DNA of 64,000 nucleotides from Nitrospirota bacterium (GTDB lineage Bacteria > Nitrospirota > UBA9217): assembly GCA_963790205.1 (NCBI GenBank), contig CAWBNQ010000011.1, positions 1-64,000 on the forward strand. Reading direction: 5' to 3'. Made by a program: the position numbers and the translations under genes. Numbering within the stretch: position 1 is the first letter of the stretch; each line of letters starts with the position of its first letter. The notes below the pieces were generated by a model that was not told the origin of the DNA, searched no databases, and saw nothing but the letters and a program-made list of their open reading frames with translations. Of this stretch, positions 1 through 9,640 are shown one piece after another.

Positions 1-645
1 GTTCATCTCGGCAATGATATGCCGAAGATGCTTAAGCTCGTCTAAGTGTATCTTGAGTGATAGGTTGCCGCTGGCCCGCTCCATTTGTACGGACTCGATC
101 CAATTGATGAAGCGTTTGGACCAGTAACCGTTGATGAAATCGTCCGGTATGTCGATACCGTAAAAGCTCAGGATCGACTTGATCTGGTTCTTGCAGCGAG
201 TTTGTTTCCTTACCATGCTATTTCGAGTACGAAGGAGGCTGCGGTCCTCGACTTTTGGTCGCGTAGGGACATAGATCCCTTCGATGTCGCCGTTTCTGAG
301 GCTCCGGGCTAGCTTGCGGCAGTCCACCCGGTCGGTCTTGCCTGCGCGCTCTTTGTCTTTTGTGGGCACATCCGCCGGATTGACCACGAGACATTGTATG
401 CCTCGCTCCTGAAGCCGGTCATGTATCCAGAAACCGGAGTAACCGGCCTCATAGACCGACTTATAGGCTGCACCCGGAAAATTGCGTTTGAGATAGTTTA
501 CCAGCACCCCGACCTCCGGAGGTTGTGAAAAGGTCTTATGCTCGAACTGATCGGTAAAAATACTGATGCTCCAACTTTTCTTATGAATGTCCATACCGAC
601 ATAAATTTGTTGACCAGTGAAATCGAGTCTGCTAACGTTATTCAT
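1..645 (-). mobile_element. IS110-family (DEDD) transposase, N-terminal part, runs off the window
   Basis: Manual translation from ATG 645: MNNVSRLDFTGQQIYVGMDIHKKSWS...VYEAGYSGFWIH...VVNPADVP...KTDRVDCRKLA. GxD, E and KTDxxD form the RuvC-like DEDD motif. RBS AAGGAG upstream; frame is open to position 1. Confidence 0.92.
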
Positions 646-710
646 GGCAAGTCTCCTTTTGGTGTATTTTGGTCCGGGATAGACCTAATATACCTTAAGT
701 CAGACTTGCC
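646..710 (-). promoter_or_regulatory. Long hairpin covering the transposase RBS (IS110 left non-coding end)
   Basis: GGCAAGTCT (646-654) and AGACTTGCC (702-710) are perfect inverted repeats, with inner GGT-TATT-GGTC / GACC-AATA-ACC pairing; the stem abuts the ATG. Confidence 0.6.
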
Positions 711-787
711 TTTTTAATCATAAGGTCTGCGGATAAAAAAAAGATCAGAGTAGTACAACAAAACGACCGATTTTATTTCTCGTCGTT

Positions 788-814
788 CTTCGTGTCTTTG
801 TGCCTCCGTGTGAA
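788..814. repeat. Half copy (one arm) of the intergenic imperfect palindrome family
   Basis: CTTCGTGTCTTTGTGCCTCCGTGTGAA resembles the arms at 55153-55222 and 58548-58644; no partner arm is seen before the IS. Confidence 0.5.
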
Positions 815-837
815 TACCGGTAATTGTACGTTCGTTC

Positions 838-1746
838 TCAGATCGCCTCTTTCAGGTTCATCACGGTCCAGTAGTCGAACACCGGCCCCGACAGGCAGGT
901 GTAGGTCGAGCCCACATTGCAGCGGCAGCACTTGCCCATGCCGCAGTGCATGCGCCGCTCGAGGGAAACGAACATCTTCTGCATGGGGATGCCGAGCCTG
1001 GTAAGCAGGTTGCATACGGACTTGAACATTACCGGCGGCCCGCAGACGATGGCATGGGTGTCCTGGTAGAAAGATTCATCCCGTTCGGCGGACATCCGCT
1101 CAATGACCTTTGGTATGAAACCCACGGGGCCTTTCCATGTTGCATCGGGTTTTTCGACGATGATGGTCATCCCGATGTCGTCCTTGCGCCACAGGTCGTA
1201 CTGGAACGTGAACAGGAGCCGCGAGGGGTCCTTCGTGCCGTACACAATGTCCACGTTGTTGAAGAGGTTCCGGTTCTCCTGGACGTACCCGATCGGCGAA
1301 CGGAGCGGAGCCAGCCCGAGGCCGCCGGCAATGAGCAGAACGTTCCCCCCGTGCATTTGCTCCACGGGGAAGCCGGTGCCGAAGGGGCCGCGGACCCCGA
1401 CGCGCATGCCGCGTTCGGCCTTTGCCAGAAAATGGGTGAGGTTGCCGGCGTCCCGGATGCAAAGTTCCACGTCGCCGCGGCTGCTGGGAGGGGAGGAAAT
1501 GCTGAAGGGCGCTTCACCGACGCCCGGGACCTCGAGCATGAGGAATTGGCCGGGCTGGAATGAAAAACGCCTGCGTTCATCGGGGTCCATGATCCGGACG
1601 CGGTACAGGCTTTCCATTTCCGTGAGCCGGTGCACGCTCGTGATCTCGGCCTTGAAAGCATATTCGAACATGCCGAGATCATGCTTGCGGATGCGGCCGT
1701 GATGGGGGTGGGCTTTCAGGTCTATGAACGGGAGCCTTGTTTCCAT
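838..1746 (-). CDS. FAD/NAD(P)-binding [2Fe-2S] oxidoreductase, AsrB / sulfhydrogenase gamma-like
   Basis: FQPGQF, EAPFSISS, GPFGTGF, IAGGLGLAPLRS, VCGPPVM, and C-terminal ERRMHCGMGKCCRC...TC. Confidence 0.88.
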   Translation of the reverse strand: METRLPFIDLKAHPHHGRIRKHDLGMFEYAFKAEITSVHRLTEMESLYRVRIMDPDERRRFSFQPGQFLMLEVPGVGEAPFSISSPPSSRGDVELCIRDAGNLTHFLAKAERGMRVGVRGPFGTGFPVEQMHGGNVLLIAGGLGLAPLRSPIGYVQENRNLFNNVDIVYGTKDPSRLLFTFQYDLWRKDDIGMTIIVEKPDATWKGPVGFIPKVIERMSAERDESFYQDTHAIVCGPPVMFKSVCNLLTRLGIPMQKMFVSLERRMHCGMGKCCRCNVGSTYTCLSGPVFDYWTVMNLKEAI

Positions 1747-2792
1747 ACGACGGCCTCCTCCCCGCGGACGCTTGCGATCACTTCCGGGACCGTGATGCCC
1801 GCCAGGCAGGCCTCGCCGCAGCGGCCGCAGCCGACACAGAGGGACTCCTCGTAGGCCTCGACAAAGCCCCGGTGCTTGTGGTAGTAGCGGTACTTGAGCC
1901 GCGTGTGCCGCTCGGGCCTGAAGTTATGGCCGCCCGCCACCTCGGCAAAGTCCACGAGGTTGCAGGAGTAGAGCGTCTTGGTCTTTTTTGCCCCCCGGAG
2001 ATCGATGTCCACGGTCTCTTCCACGCCGTAGCAATAGCAGGTGGGACAGACGTTCGCGCAGGTCCCGCATCCCAGGCACTTGTCGCCCCACTGCTTCCAC
2101 ACCGGGGCCTGGAACTCCATGTCGAGGATCTTGGTCAGGTCCGTTGTGTCCACGCGGGCGGTGAATTTGTACTTTTTCTCCTCGACGGCCTTCCGGTATT
2201 GGATGTGGTCGTGTTCATCCGGCTCCCGCGTCTTCACGGTTTCCAGGATGTGATAGGCTGTCGCGGAAAGGACCTCGACGAAACAGGCGTCGCCGATGTC
2301 GGTGATGAACAGGTCGAAGCCGTGAAGCACCGTGTCTGACCCCATGGACCTGCAGAAGCAGAAAGGCTGGGGTTCGCATCCGATGCCGATGATGAACATG
2401 TTCTTGCGCTTGGCCGTATAATAGGGCATGGGGTAAATGCTGCCCATGAGGACCTTGTCGAGCCTGTTCAGGGCATTGATGTCGCAGGCATGGAGGCCGA
2501 AGAAGACCGTGGGGCGGTCGCTGTGGTAGTCGATGTCCTTTTGCCAGTCCTTCCCCTCGATCCGGAAGGAGGCAAGGTCTTCCCGGAAGGGCAGAAAATA
2601 CCGTTTGGCGGACAGTTTTGTCGTTGTGTAGCCCAGCTGTAAACGGGTAAAATCGGAAACTGGTTCAAAGGAGTACAGGGGCCTGGCGTTGCGGTCCGTT
2701 CCCGATCGCACGGGCCCGACGACGGTGTTTTCGGCAGCCAGGCGATCGAATAACTTTTTTAATTCATCTTTGTCGAAGACCCTGAAGATCAT
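1722..2792 (-). CDS. 4Fe-4S dicluster protein, AsrA / sulfhydrogenase beta-like
   Basis: GLHACD, CEPQPFCFC, CLGCGTCANVCPTCYC and CVGCGRCGEAC; overlaps the AsrB-like gene. Confidence 0.88.
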   Translation of the reverse strand: MIFRVFDKDELKKLFDRLAAENTVVGPVRSGTDRNARPLYSFEPVSDFTRLQLGYTTTKLSAKRYFLPFREDLASFRIEGKDWQKDIDYHSDRPTVFFGLHACDINALNRLDKVLMGSIYPMPYYTAKRKNMFIIGIGCEPQPFCFCRSMGSDTVLHGFDLFITDIGDACFVEVLSATAYHILETVKTREPDEHDHIQYRKAVEEKKYKFTARVDTTDLTKILDMEFQAPVWKQWGDKCLGCGTCANVCPTCYCYGVEETVDIDLRGAKKTKTLYSCNLVDFAEVAGGHNFRPERHTRLKYRYYHKHRGFVEAYEESLCVGCGRCGEACLAGITVPEVIASVRGEEAVVWKQGSRS

Positions 2793-3130
2793 GAGAATCT
2801 CCGTCTGTTTTCAGAAAAAAGCCTTGATCAGACCACCCCTTGATTATAGCATAAGCGCCGGTAGTACCCGGGACAGGGATGATCTGTACGGGAACCGTTG
2901 TATTGCAGAAAGACTACGGGTTGACCCGCTCATTTCTTTAGCTTCCCGGCGGCCCATTATTACGGTGAAAAAATCAATAAATCCGTTTATAATATGTTCA
3001 AAGGCGAGATAATAAAAAGGTAATTGAAGCTCCCGGCAGCACAATGAGGTTCGTACAGGCATCTGCGATGAATTCCGATTTTCAAGGAAAGACATAATCG
3101 TATTCGCTTACTTACTCCAGAATTCAAAAT

Positions 3131-5392
3131 ATGGACAATCAGGAAAAGAAAGAACCTCAAGCTCCTCCGCAACAGCAGTCTGTTGAGCGGGAACTGCCCC
3201 TTGACACCAGGCTCCTGTCGGAAGCCGTCATCGAACTGAACATCTCGCGAAAGAACGTCGGCATTTACCCGGCCGGCCACATTCAGATCACGCGCAGCAT
3301 CGACCGCGCGTTTGAACTCCTGCAGCGCCTGTTCGAGGTCCGGCCCGAGATGACGCTGGGAGTGGCAAAGGACACGCTGCTCGTGGGGCAGGACTATCTG
3401 GACCGGAAGAACCCCGTGTATCGCGACTTCGCGCTTTCCCTGAACCAGCAGGGGATAGCGGCGGTCACGTTCATCAGCGGCCTGGACAAGGAGGAACTGG
3501 TGCGGTTTCACCGCATCCTGACGACGAAACCCGAGGAGATCAGGACCTCCGGCGGGATAGGAACGGTCATGTCCGCCTCCGGCATTCAGCGCATCAGGAT
3601 CATGGCCATTGATTTCGACAGCTTTCACGTTACCGAGGAAGAGGAGATATTCAAACCCACGGCAAAAGCGGCTGAAAAGTCCGGTGATGACGTGTGGCAG
3701 GATTTTGTGTCGCTCCTTTCGGCGGGCGCGCTCGCCGGACCGGGTCAGGGGGTCTCCCTCAAGGACGCCGAAGACATCGATCCGTCCGAGCTCGCACGTC
3801 TCCTGAACGAGCGCAAGCTCGATCCGACCGCTGCGATACAGAGTTACGACCGTATCATCTCCTCATACGTGCGCGGGGCAGCGGAGAAAAAGGAGCTTAC
3901 CCGGGAGCAATCGAAGACCCTTGCAAGCCTTAATTCGCTCCTCAAGGGCCTGAACCCCGAACTCAGGAAGCAATTCCTGTCCGTGGCCTTTCAGCGCGCA
4001 TCGTCCAGCGCTTCGCTGGCCGGGGCCGAGGAGGTCGTCGGCGGTCTTACCGACGACATGGTCATCGAGATGCTCACCCAGGCGAACGACGAGGGACGGG
4101 AAATATCCCCGACCTTGACGGGGCTCGTGGGAAAGCTGGCCAGGGCCCATCGCCAGGGCGAGGTTCCCGCCGGAGAGCGCCACGAATGGTCGAAGCAGGG
4201 GCCCGGCGGGCTCTCGGCGCCGATCATCCTGCCGGAACACATGCAGAAGCTCTTCGACCGTGAGAAATATGAAGAGTACGTGCCGGCCGACTACGAAGTA
4301 ATGCTCAGACAGATGACGGAGGGCCCCGTTGTCGTCATCGAGGGTTTTCCCCTGGAAGAGCATGTGAAGACCCTCGATGACGCCCATCTTGATTTTCAGA
4401 TCGGCCGGGCGCTCCTTGCCTTCATGGAGGAAGATATCGAAGAGGAAGACTATAAGGAATTTGCCGCCAAGCTCGTCGCTATCACGCCCGAGTTTCTCGA
4501 AACCGGAAACTTCGAGCTTCTCTTCGACATTTCCGACACCCTCCGGAAACATGCGTCGGAAAAGCCGCTCCAAGGCATACGGGAAGCCGCCGCGGAAGCG
4601 CGAAAGATCTTTGCCGCTCCTGAGTTCATCATACAAGCGCTGCATGCGTTCGAGGTATGGATGAAGGACAAGGGACAGGAAGCGGCCGGCCTGATACAGT
4701 CGCTCGGCCCGGATGTCGTTCCCGGACTCATGGATATCTTCAGCCGGGACGAGTCCGTGGGGGGGAGGCGGGTCCTTTTCAACCTGCTCTGTCTGTTCGG
4801 CGAACCTGCGATACGCGAGGCCGAGAATCGGCTGCGCGACCCGCGTGCCTATTACGTCAGGAACCTTCTCATCTTCATACGGCGTGCCGGCACGTTGTCA
4901 TCGATACCTTCTATAAAGCCCCTGCTTCAGCATCGGGAACAAAGCGTGAGAATGGAAGCGCTGGGCACGCTCCTGAAATTCAAGGACCCCGGTTCGGTGA
5001 AGCTTCTCCGCGGCGCGATCCTTTCGGACGATCCCGATGTCGCTTTGCAGGCAGTGGCCCTTGCCGGACAGTACCGCGTCGCAGACGTCACGGAGGACGT
5101 TCTGGCGCGGATCAAGCGGGTCGTTCTCTTCGAAGCCGATTACCGGTGGAACGGGGAGATCATCAAGGCCTTGGGCGAGATCGGCGACCCGCGGGCGATC
5201 CCCGACCTGGAAAAGCTCGCCCGCGCGACCTGGCCGCTCTATCCGCAGAGCCGGCTGCAGCTGAAGGAAACGCTCTTTGAGTCCCTCGGCAGGTATCCGC
5301 GGGAGCGCATCGCCAACCTGCTCAAGATCGGAGAGGGATTGAACAGCGAGAAGATCAGACGGGCGTGCAGAAAATTGTCGGAGCGGGGATAA
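3131..5392 (+). CDS. HEAT-repeat protein with N-terminal YPxxH domain
   Basis: IYPAGH N-domain; C-terminal helical repeats (LRDPRAYYVRNLL, SVRMEALGTL, IIKALGEIGDPRAIPDL). Confidence 0.75.
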   Translation: MDNQEKKEPQAPPQQQSVERELPLDTRLLSEAVIELNISRKNVGIYPAGHIQITRSIDRAFELLQRLFEVRPEMTLGVAKDTLLVGQDYLDRKNPVYRDFALSLNQQGIAAVTFISGLDKEELVRFHRILTTKPEEIRTSGGIGTVMSASGIQRIRIMAIDFDSFHVTEEEEIFKPTAKAAEKSGDDVWQDFVSLLSAGALAGPGQGVSLKDAEDIDPSELARLLNERKLDPTAAIQSYDRIISSYVRGAAEKKELTREQSKTLASLNSLLKGLNPELRKQFLSVAFQRASSSASLAGAEEVVGGLTDDMVIEMLTQANDEGREISPTLTGLVGKLARAHRQGEVPAGERHEWSKQGPGGLSAPIILPEHMQKLFDREKYEEYVPADYEVMLRQMTEGPVVVIEGFPLEEHVKTLDDAHLDFQIGRALLAFMEEDIEEEDYKEFAAKLVAITPEFLETGNFELLFDISDTLRKHASEKPLQGIREAAAEARKIFAAPEFIIQALHAFEVWMKDKGQEAAGLIQSLGPDVVPGLMDIFSRDESVGGRRVLFNLLCLFGEPAIREAENRLRDPRAYYVRNLLIFIRRAGTLSSIPSIKPLLQHREQSVRMEALGTLLKFKDPGSVKLLRGAILSDDPDVALQAVALAGQYRVADVTEDVLARIKRVVLFEADYRWNGEIIKALGEIGDPRAIPDLEKLARATWPLYPQSRLQLKETLFESLGRYPRERIANLLKIGEGLNSEKIRRACRKLSERG

Positions 5393-5400
5393 AGCTATGC

Positions 5401-5463
5401 GAATTGCGGATTTCGGATTGCGGATTGCGGAATGCAAAATACGAAATTCGGAATGCGGAGTGC
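5401..5463 (+). repeat. Heptamer tandem repeat, GGATTGC family, about 9 units
   Basis: GAATTGC GGATTTC GGATTGC GGATTGC GGAATGC AAAATAC GAAATTC GGAATGC GGAGTGC, between two genes. Confidence 0.85.
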
Positions 5464-5484
5464 GGCGAAGAAACGAGGTCTTCT

Positions 5485-6678
5485 GTGGCTGAAGAGGGTG
5501 TTCATGAAGGACTGACGCGGGTGATCTCGCTTCTCACCGCCGCGGTCACGAATACCGGCCTGTATTCGCGGACCCATCCCCAGGTGGCGCAGTACGTCGA
5601 GAAGGCATACACCGGCCTTGTCGATATGCTCCAACAAAAGCCGGAGATCACGGTCCTCCTGATCGGCAACGATCTTGTGGCGGACAACAGGCCCCTGGTC
5701 TCGAGCGGGGCGGCATCCTATGTGTCCAATTTCACCCGCATCCTGAAGAAAAAGGCTGTTGAGCGCATGACGTTCACCACGGGCCTTACGAAACCCGAAC
5801 TGCAGTCGCTTATCAACGATCTTGCCTCTCCGGATACGGTCTCCGTTCGGTCCACGCAGTCCGTCAAACTCGGCAAGGTGGAGCTTCGGGTAAAAAAGGA
5901 CGATGAAGGCGGCGCGGATGTTTTATCCGCTCTGGCGGAAGGCGTGGCCGTTTCCGTTTCCAACGGTTCACAACAGGGGGCGCTGGAGGAATTGCTGGCG
6001 CTCACGGCGTCCGAACTCGACGCGCTCAAAGAGCTTTACCTCAACGTCAGAAAACACAAAAAAATAGACGTGCGGGGCGTGGATGAGATGGTCACGGGGT
6101 TCATCCAGGGGTTCCGCAGGGAGATCAATCCGCTGAGCCTTCTCGCTTCGCTCAAGTCCGTACACGAATATACGTTCACGCACGTTACGAACGTCTGCAT
6201 CCTGGCCATGGGCCAGGCGGAGACCCTGGGTTTTAGCGGCGAGCACCTGCACCAGATCGGCGTCGCTTCCCTGCTTCACGATGTCGGGAAGGTGTTCATC
6301 CCCGAGGAGATCCTGAACAAGCCCGGGAAGCTTTCGCAGGATGAGCGCAAGATCATCGAGACCCATACGGTCAAGGGCGCCCGGTATCTCATGGGAATAG
6401 AGGGGATCCCGAAGCTTGCCGTTCTTTCCGCAATGGAGCACCACCTGAAGTACGACGGAAGCGGATATCCTTCGATCAAGGGCGGATGGCGGCCGAACAT
6501 CGCGAGCCAGCTGATAAGCGTTGCCGACGTTTTCGACGCCATGCGGAGCAGCCGCTCCTACCAGGGCGCTCTGCCGATGCAGAAGATCGCAGAGGTCCTC
6601 AATGGTGGGAAAGGCACGTCCTTTAACCCTCAGCTTGTGGACCACTTTTTCAGGCTCATACGGTACCAGCCAAAATGA
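5485..6678 (+). CDS. HD-GYP cyclic dinucleotide phosphodiesterase
   Basis: YTFTH, LLHDVGK, HHLKYDGSGYP, VADVFDAM..RSY. Start placed at GTG 5485 after GAGG because the ORF-track extension is translated repeat. Confidence 0.9.
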   Translation: MAEEGVHEGLTRVISLLTAAVTNTGLYSRTHPQVAQYVEKAYTGLVDMLQQKPEITVLLIGNDLVADNRPLVSSGAASYVSNFTRILKKKAVERMTFTTGLTKPELQSLINDLASPDTVSVRSTQSVKLGKVELRVKKDDEGGADVLSALAEGVAVSVSNGSQQGALEELLALTASELDALKELYLNVRKHKKIDVRGVDEMVTGFIQGFRREINPLSLLASLKSVHEYTFTHVTNVCILAMGQAETLGFSGEHLHQIGVASLLHDVGKVFIPEEILNKPGKLSQDERKIIETHTVKGARYLMGIEGIPKLAVLSAMEHHLKYDGSGYPSIKGGWRPNIASQLISVADVFDAMRSSRSYQGALPMQKIAEVLNGGKGTSFNPQLVDHFFRLIRYQPK

Positions 6679-8081
6679 AGATACTCATTATCGATGACGA
6701 CGCAGTCAATCTCAACACTCTTCGCGAGCTTTTTGCCATGGAAGGATACGACGTCGTCACGGCAATCGACGGCGATGAGGGGCTCCGGAAGATACTCTCG
6801 GAGCGTCCGTCGCTCGTTATCACCGACGTGCTTATGGCGGGCATGGATGGATTTCAGCTCCTCCGGGCGATACGAAAGAACGAGGCCTTGAAGGGCCTTC
6901 CCGTTCTCTTTTATACCGGAAGCTATTTGGACGAAGAGGACCGCAAGCTTGCCCGCGAGATCGGCGTGACCCGTTATCTGACCAAACCGACGGAGCCGCG
7001 CCGCCTCGTCACGATCGTCAAAGAGATACTCGAGGCGCAGGGGCCCAAGACCCGGAATTCCGGCCTTTCCGCACCGCTCGAAGAACCGGTATTCCTGAAG
7101 CTTTATAACGAGCGCCTGGTGAGCAAACTGAAAAGCAAGATGTTCGAAAGCGAACGGGCCCGCCTGTCCCTCGAACATATCATGGAAGGCATGGGCGACG
7201 GCGTGGTCGTCATCACGCGGGATTATATGATTTTTCAGGCCAACTCGGCAGCCGCGGCCTCTCTCGGAGTGGAGAAGTCCGAGATGGTCGGGCGACCGTG
7301 TTACGAAGTGCTCCACCGGAGGCAGGCGCCCTGCGAAGGACCGCACATCACCTGTCCGCTCGAGCGGATATTCAAGCGCGGCGAATCGAACGTAAAAGTT
7401 CTCCATACGCACCTTGATTCCGAGGGGAATGAGCATCACGTCGAGATAACGGCGTCCGCGGTGAAAGACAGCCGGGGAGAGACCTTTGCCATGGTCGAAT
7501 CGTGGCGCGATATCATGGACAACAAGACCGATGACGAGCTGGTGAAGCTCGTGAAAAGGCTGAACGAGGCGCAGACCCACCTCCGGCACATGGCGGTCAC
7601 CGATGAACTGACGGGGCTCAGGAACCGGCGGTATATCGTGGAGCGCCTGGAAGAGGAATTCCAGCGCTCAAAGCGGAACGGACGGCCGCTCGGCCTCATC
7701 ATGCTCGATATCGACCATTTCAAGCAGATCAACGACGCGCACGGACACATCTTCGGCGACGTCGTCCTCCGGGTGATCGCATCGCGTATAAGGTCGACCT
7801 TGAGAAAGCACGATCTCGTCGGGAGGGTCGGCGGGGAAGAGTTTCTCGTCGTCTGTCCCGATTCATCGCTCGATGACACCGTCGTTGTGGCAGAGAGGAT
7901 CAGGAACAGGATCGACAAGGAGGAGATCGGCGACGGGGTCGATCAGGTACAGGTCGCCCTGAGCGCCGGGGTCACGATGCTTACCGCGGGCGATGACAGC
8001 GCGGACAAGGTTTTTTCCCGTGCGGACACGGCGTTGTACAAGGCCAAGGAAGAGGGGAGAAATAGGGTGGTGGTTATATAA
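6675..8081 (+). CDS. Response-regulator diguanylate cyclase (REC-PAS-GGDEF)
   Basis: ILIIDDD / TDVLM / TKP receiver domain; PAS (GRPCYEVLH); DELTGLRNRR, DIDHFKQIND, RKHD I-site, GGEEF. Confidence 0.93.
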   Translation: MKILIIDDDAVNLNTLRELFAMEGYDVVTAIDGDEGLRKILSERPSLVITDVLMAGMDGFQLLRAIRKNEALKGLPVLFYTGSYLDEEDRKLAREIGVTRYLTKPTEPRRLVTIVKEILEAQGPKTRNSGLSAPLEEPVFLKLYNERLVSKLKSKMFESERARLSLEHIMEGMGDGVVVITRDYMIFQANSAAAASLGVEKSEMVGRPCYEVLHRRQAPCEGPHITCPLERIFKRGESNVKVLHTHLDSEGNEHHVEITASAVKDSRGETFAMVESWRDIMDNKTDDELVKLVKRLNEAQTHLRHMAVTDELTGLRNRRYIVERLEEEFQRSKRNGRPLGLIMLDIDHFKQINDAHGHIFGDVVLRVIASRIRSTLRKHDLVGRVGGEEFLVVCPDSSLDDTVVVAERIRNRIDKEEIGDGVDQVQVALSAGVTMLTAGDDSADKVFSRADTALYKAKEEGRNRVVVI

Positions 8082-8160
8082 AAAGTGAGAAGAGTGAAGG
8101 CTGAAGTAAAAAGTGCGGATGTTCTCACCCTTCCGCCTTCCTCCCTTCGGTCTTTCGGTT
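8082..8160. repeat. Inverted heptamer array between convergent genes (AAGGCTG / CCTTC family)
   Basis: AAGTGAG AAGAGTG AAGGCTG AAGTAAA AAGTGCG, followed by TTCTCAC CCTTCCG CCTTCCT CCCTTCG. Confidence 0.6.
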
Positions 8161-8166
8161 GCTGCC

Positions 8167-9564
8167 CTACCATGAATAAACAAGCTCTCCTTCCACCTGA
8201 TCGTTCCGTGAAAATCTGCCGAAGAGCGATAAGGGCGGGCCGGTAAAGGCCAGGTAGCTGACGCCTGCTTTCCATGCATCCGAGAACACATACCAGGCAT
8301 TCGTCTTTGTCATGCGGTCTCCGTGCCCGGGATTATAGGCCACGTTCATGTTCGTCTCGATCTTCTGGTTCATGAAGCCCGCCTTCAGGTTCGCCCAGAG
8401 GACCGTCTCTATCTTTCTTTCATACAAGAGGTCGACATCCCCGAAGGTAAGCGTCTGCTGGGCCTGAAAGGTCAAAAGCCCGTCCTCGAACAGCCGGTAG
8501 TCCGCGCCGATGCCGTAATCAAGAGTATCATGTTTCTGTTCGATGGGATTGAGGGGATAAATGCCGGGAGCAGGAACTGCCGGATATCCCCAAAGCTCCC
8601 GGCGGATGTTGAGGTAGCGTTCAAAGGTATAGGCTGCCTCCGCCCTGATGCTCAGATCTCCTCTGACCGCGGCCGCATCTATTCCTACTACGTCGATCTT
8701 GTGAAAGTCGGGCACATATCCCGGGTCGACGACGATCGCGCCTCCCTGCGGGATGATCGAGAGCGCTGTTGTTCTGAACATGGGCCTTGGATCGTAGCCA
8801 TGAAAAAGATTCAACGCCCACTCGATATCGCCCACGCGTTTCACCCGTAAGCCGATATTGCCGTTCTCGATCTTGTGCTCAGGCAGGTCGGGCTTCTGCG
8901 GCGTGATCTTCGCGTTCGGTACGGCTTGAGCAATGATCGACGTGATCGACGAGCCGGCCCAGCGTTCATCGGGCAGGGGGAGACGATAGGGAACGAACAC
9001 GGGGACCCAGACCGCATCATACGTCCAATCACCTTTATTCAGTGTTGCCGAAAGGGAAGGGACGCCGATCTTTCTGTCTTCGAGCGGCTTTCTCAGGAAC
9101 TGGGTGTAGTCCCAGGGGTTCAGGAGGTCGTTCGGCGGGTATTCGTCAAGCCTGCCCCAGGCAAAGCGCTGGATGCCAGCCCGCAGGTCGAGGTCGCCTG
9201 ATGAGTGCGTTAGGTACAGTTCCTTGAACTCCAGATACGGCGTGTTGCTCTGGTATACTTCATCGTAATTCTTGAAGAGCGACCGGTCCTGCGCCGGCCG
9301 CTTCACGCTCCCGTCCCATCCGCCTTCGAGCCATGAATGGAACCGCCACTCCGAACCCGCACTATCGAGCTTGACCCGTCCCGTCAAACTCGGGTCTTCT
9401 CTCACGCTGTCGCTGTCCAACGCCCCGACCCCCCGCAGGTCCAGCCTGCCGGAGACGGAGAGAGCGTCGTCGGCGAAGGAGGGGGAGGCGAAAAGAAAAA
9501 AGAAAAATACGACAGAGATTGATTTGCGATAGACTGTGAATGGATATTTAGGTTTGATCTGCAT
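8167..9564 (-). CDS. Outer-membrane beta-barrel protein (DUF1302-like)
   Basis: Signal peptide (FFFFLFASPSFA), LRAGIQRFAWGRLD..PNDLLNP motif, amphipathic strands, C-terminal VYSW; start uncertain (9564 or 9576). Confidence 0.75.
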   Translation of the reverse strand: MQIKPKYPFTVYRKSISVVFFFFLFASPSFADDALSVSGRLDLRGVGALDSDSVREDPSLTGRVKLDSAGSEWRFHSWLEGGWDGSVKRPAQDRSLFKNYDEVYQSNTPYLEFKELYLTHSSGDLDLRAGIQRFAWGRLDEYPPNDLLNPWDYTQFLRKPLEDRKIGVPSLSATLNKGDWTYDAVWVPVFVPYRLPLPDERWAGSSITSIIAQAVPNAKITPQKPDLPEHKIENGNIGLRVKRVGDIEWALNLFHGYDPRPMFRTTALSIIPQGGAIVVDPGYVPDFHKIDVVGIDAAAVRGDLSIRAEAAYTFERYLNIRRELWGYPAVPAPGIYPLNPIEQKHDTLDYGIGADYRLFEDGLLTFQAQQTLTFGDVDLLYERKIETVLWANLKAGFMNQKIETNMNVAYNPGHGDRMTKTNAWYVFSDAWKAGVSYLAFTGPPLSLFGRFSRNDQVEGELVYSW

Positions 9565-9640
9565 ATAGTGTGTCAAATGATATTATCATACCACGGATTT
9601 CTTGCGTCTCGGCGTGTATTGGCGGCTAATCGTCGGCTTT

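Noticed and set aside
85..312. 75-aa plus-strand ORF
   Set aside because: Antisense to the IS110 transposase.
838..1746. Calling this gene pyrK
   Set aside because: Same fold, but it is paired with an AsrA-like gene; the real pyrK is at 63374 in the pyr operon.
5365..5484. ORF-track N-terminal extensions (also 16599-16667, 22299-22367, 55197-55238)
   Set aside because: They translate intergenic repeats; downstream starts fit the RBS or family length better.
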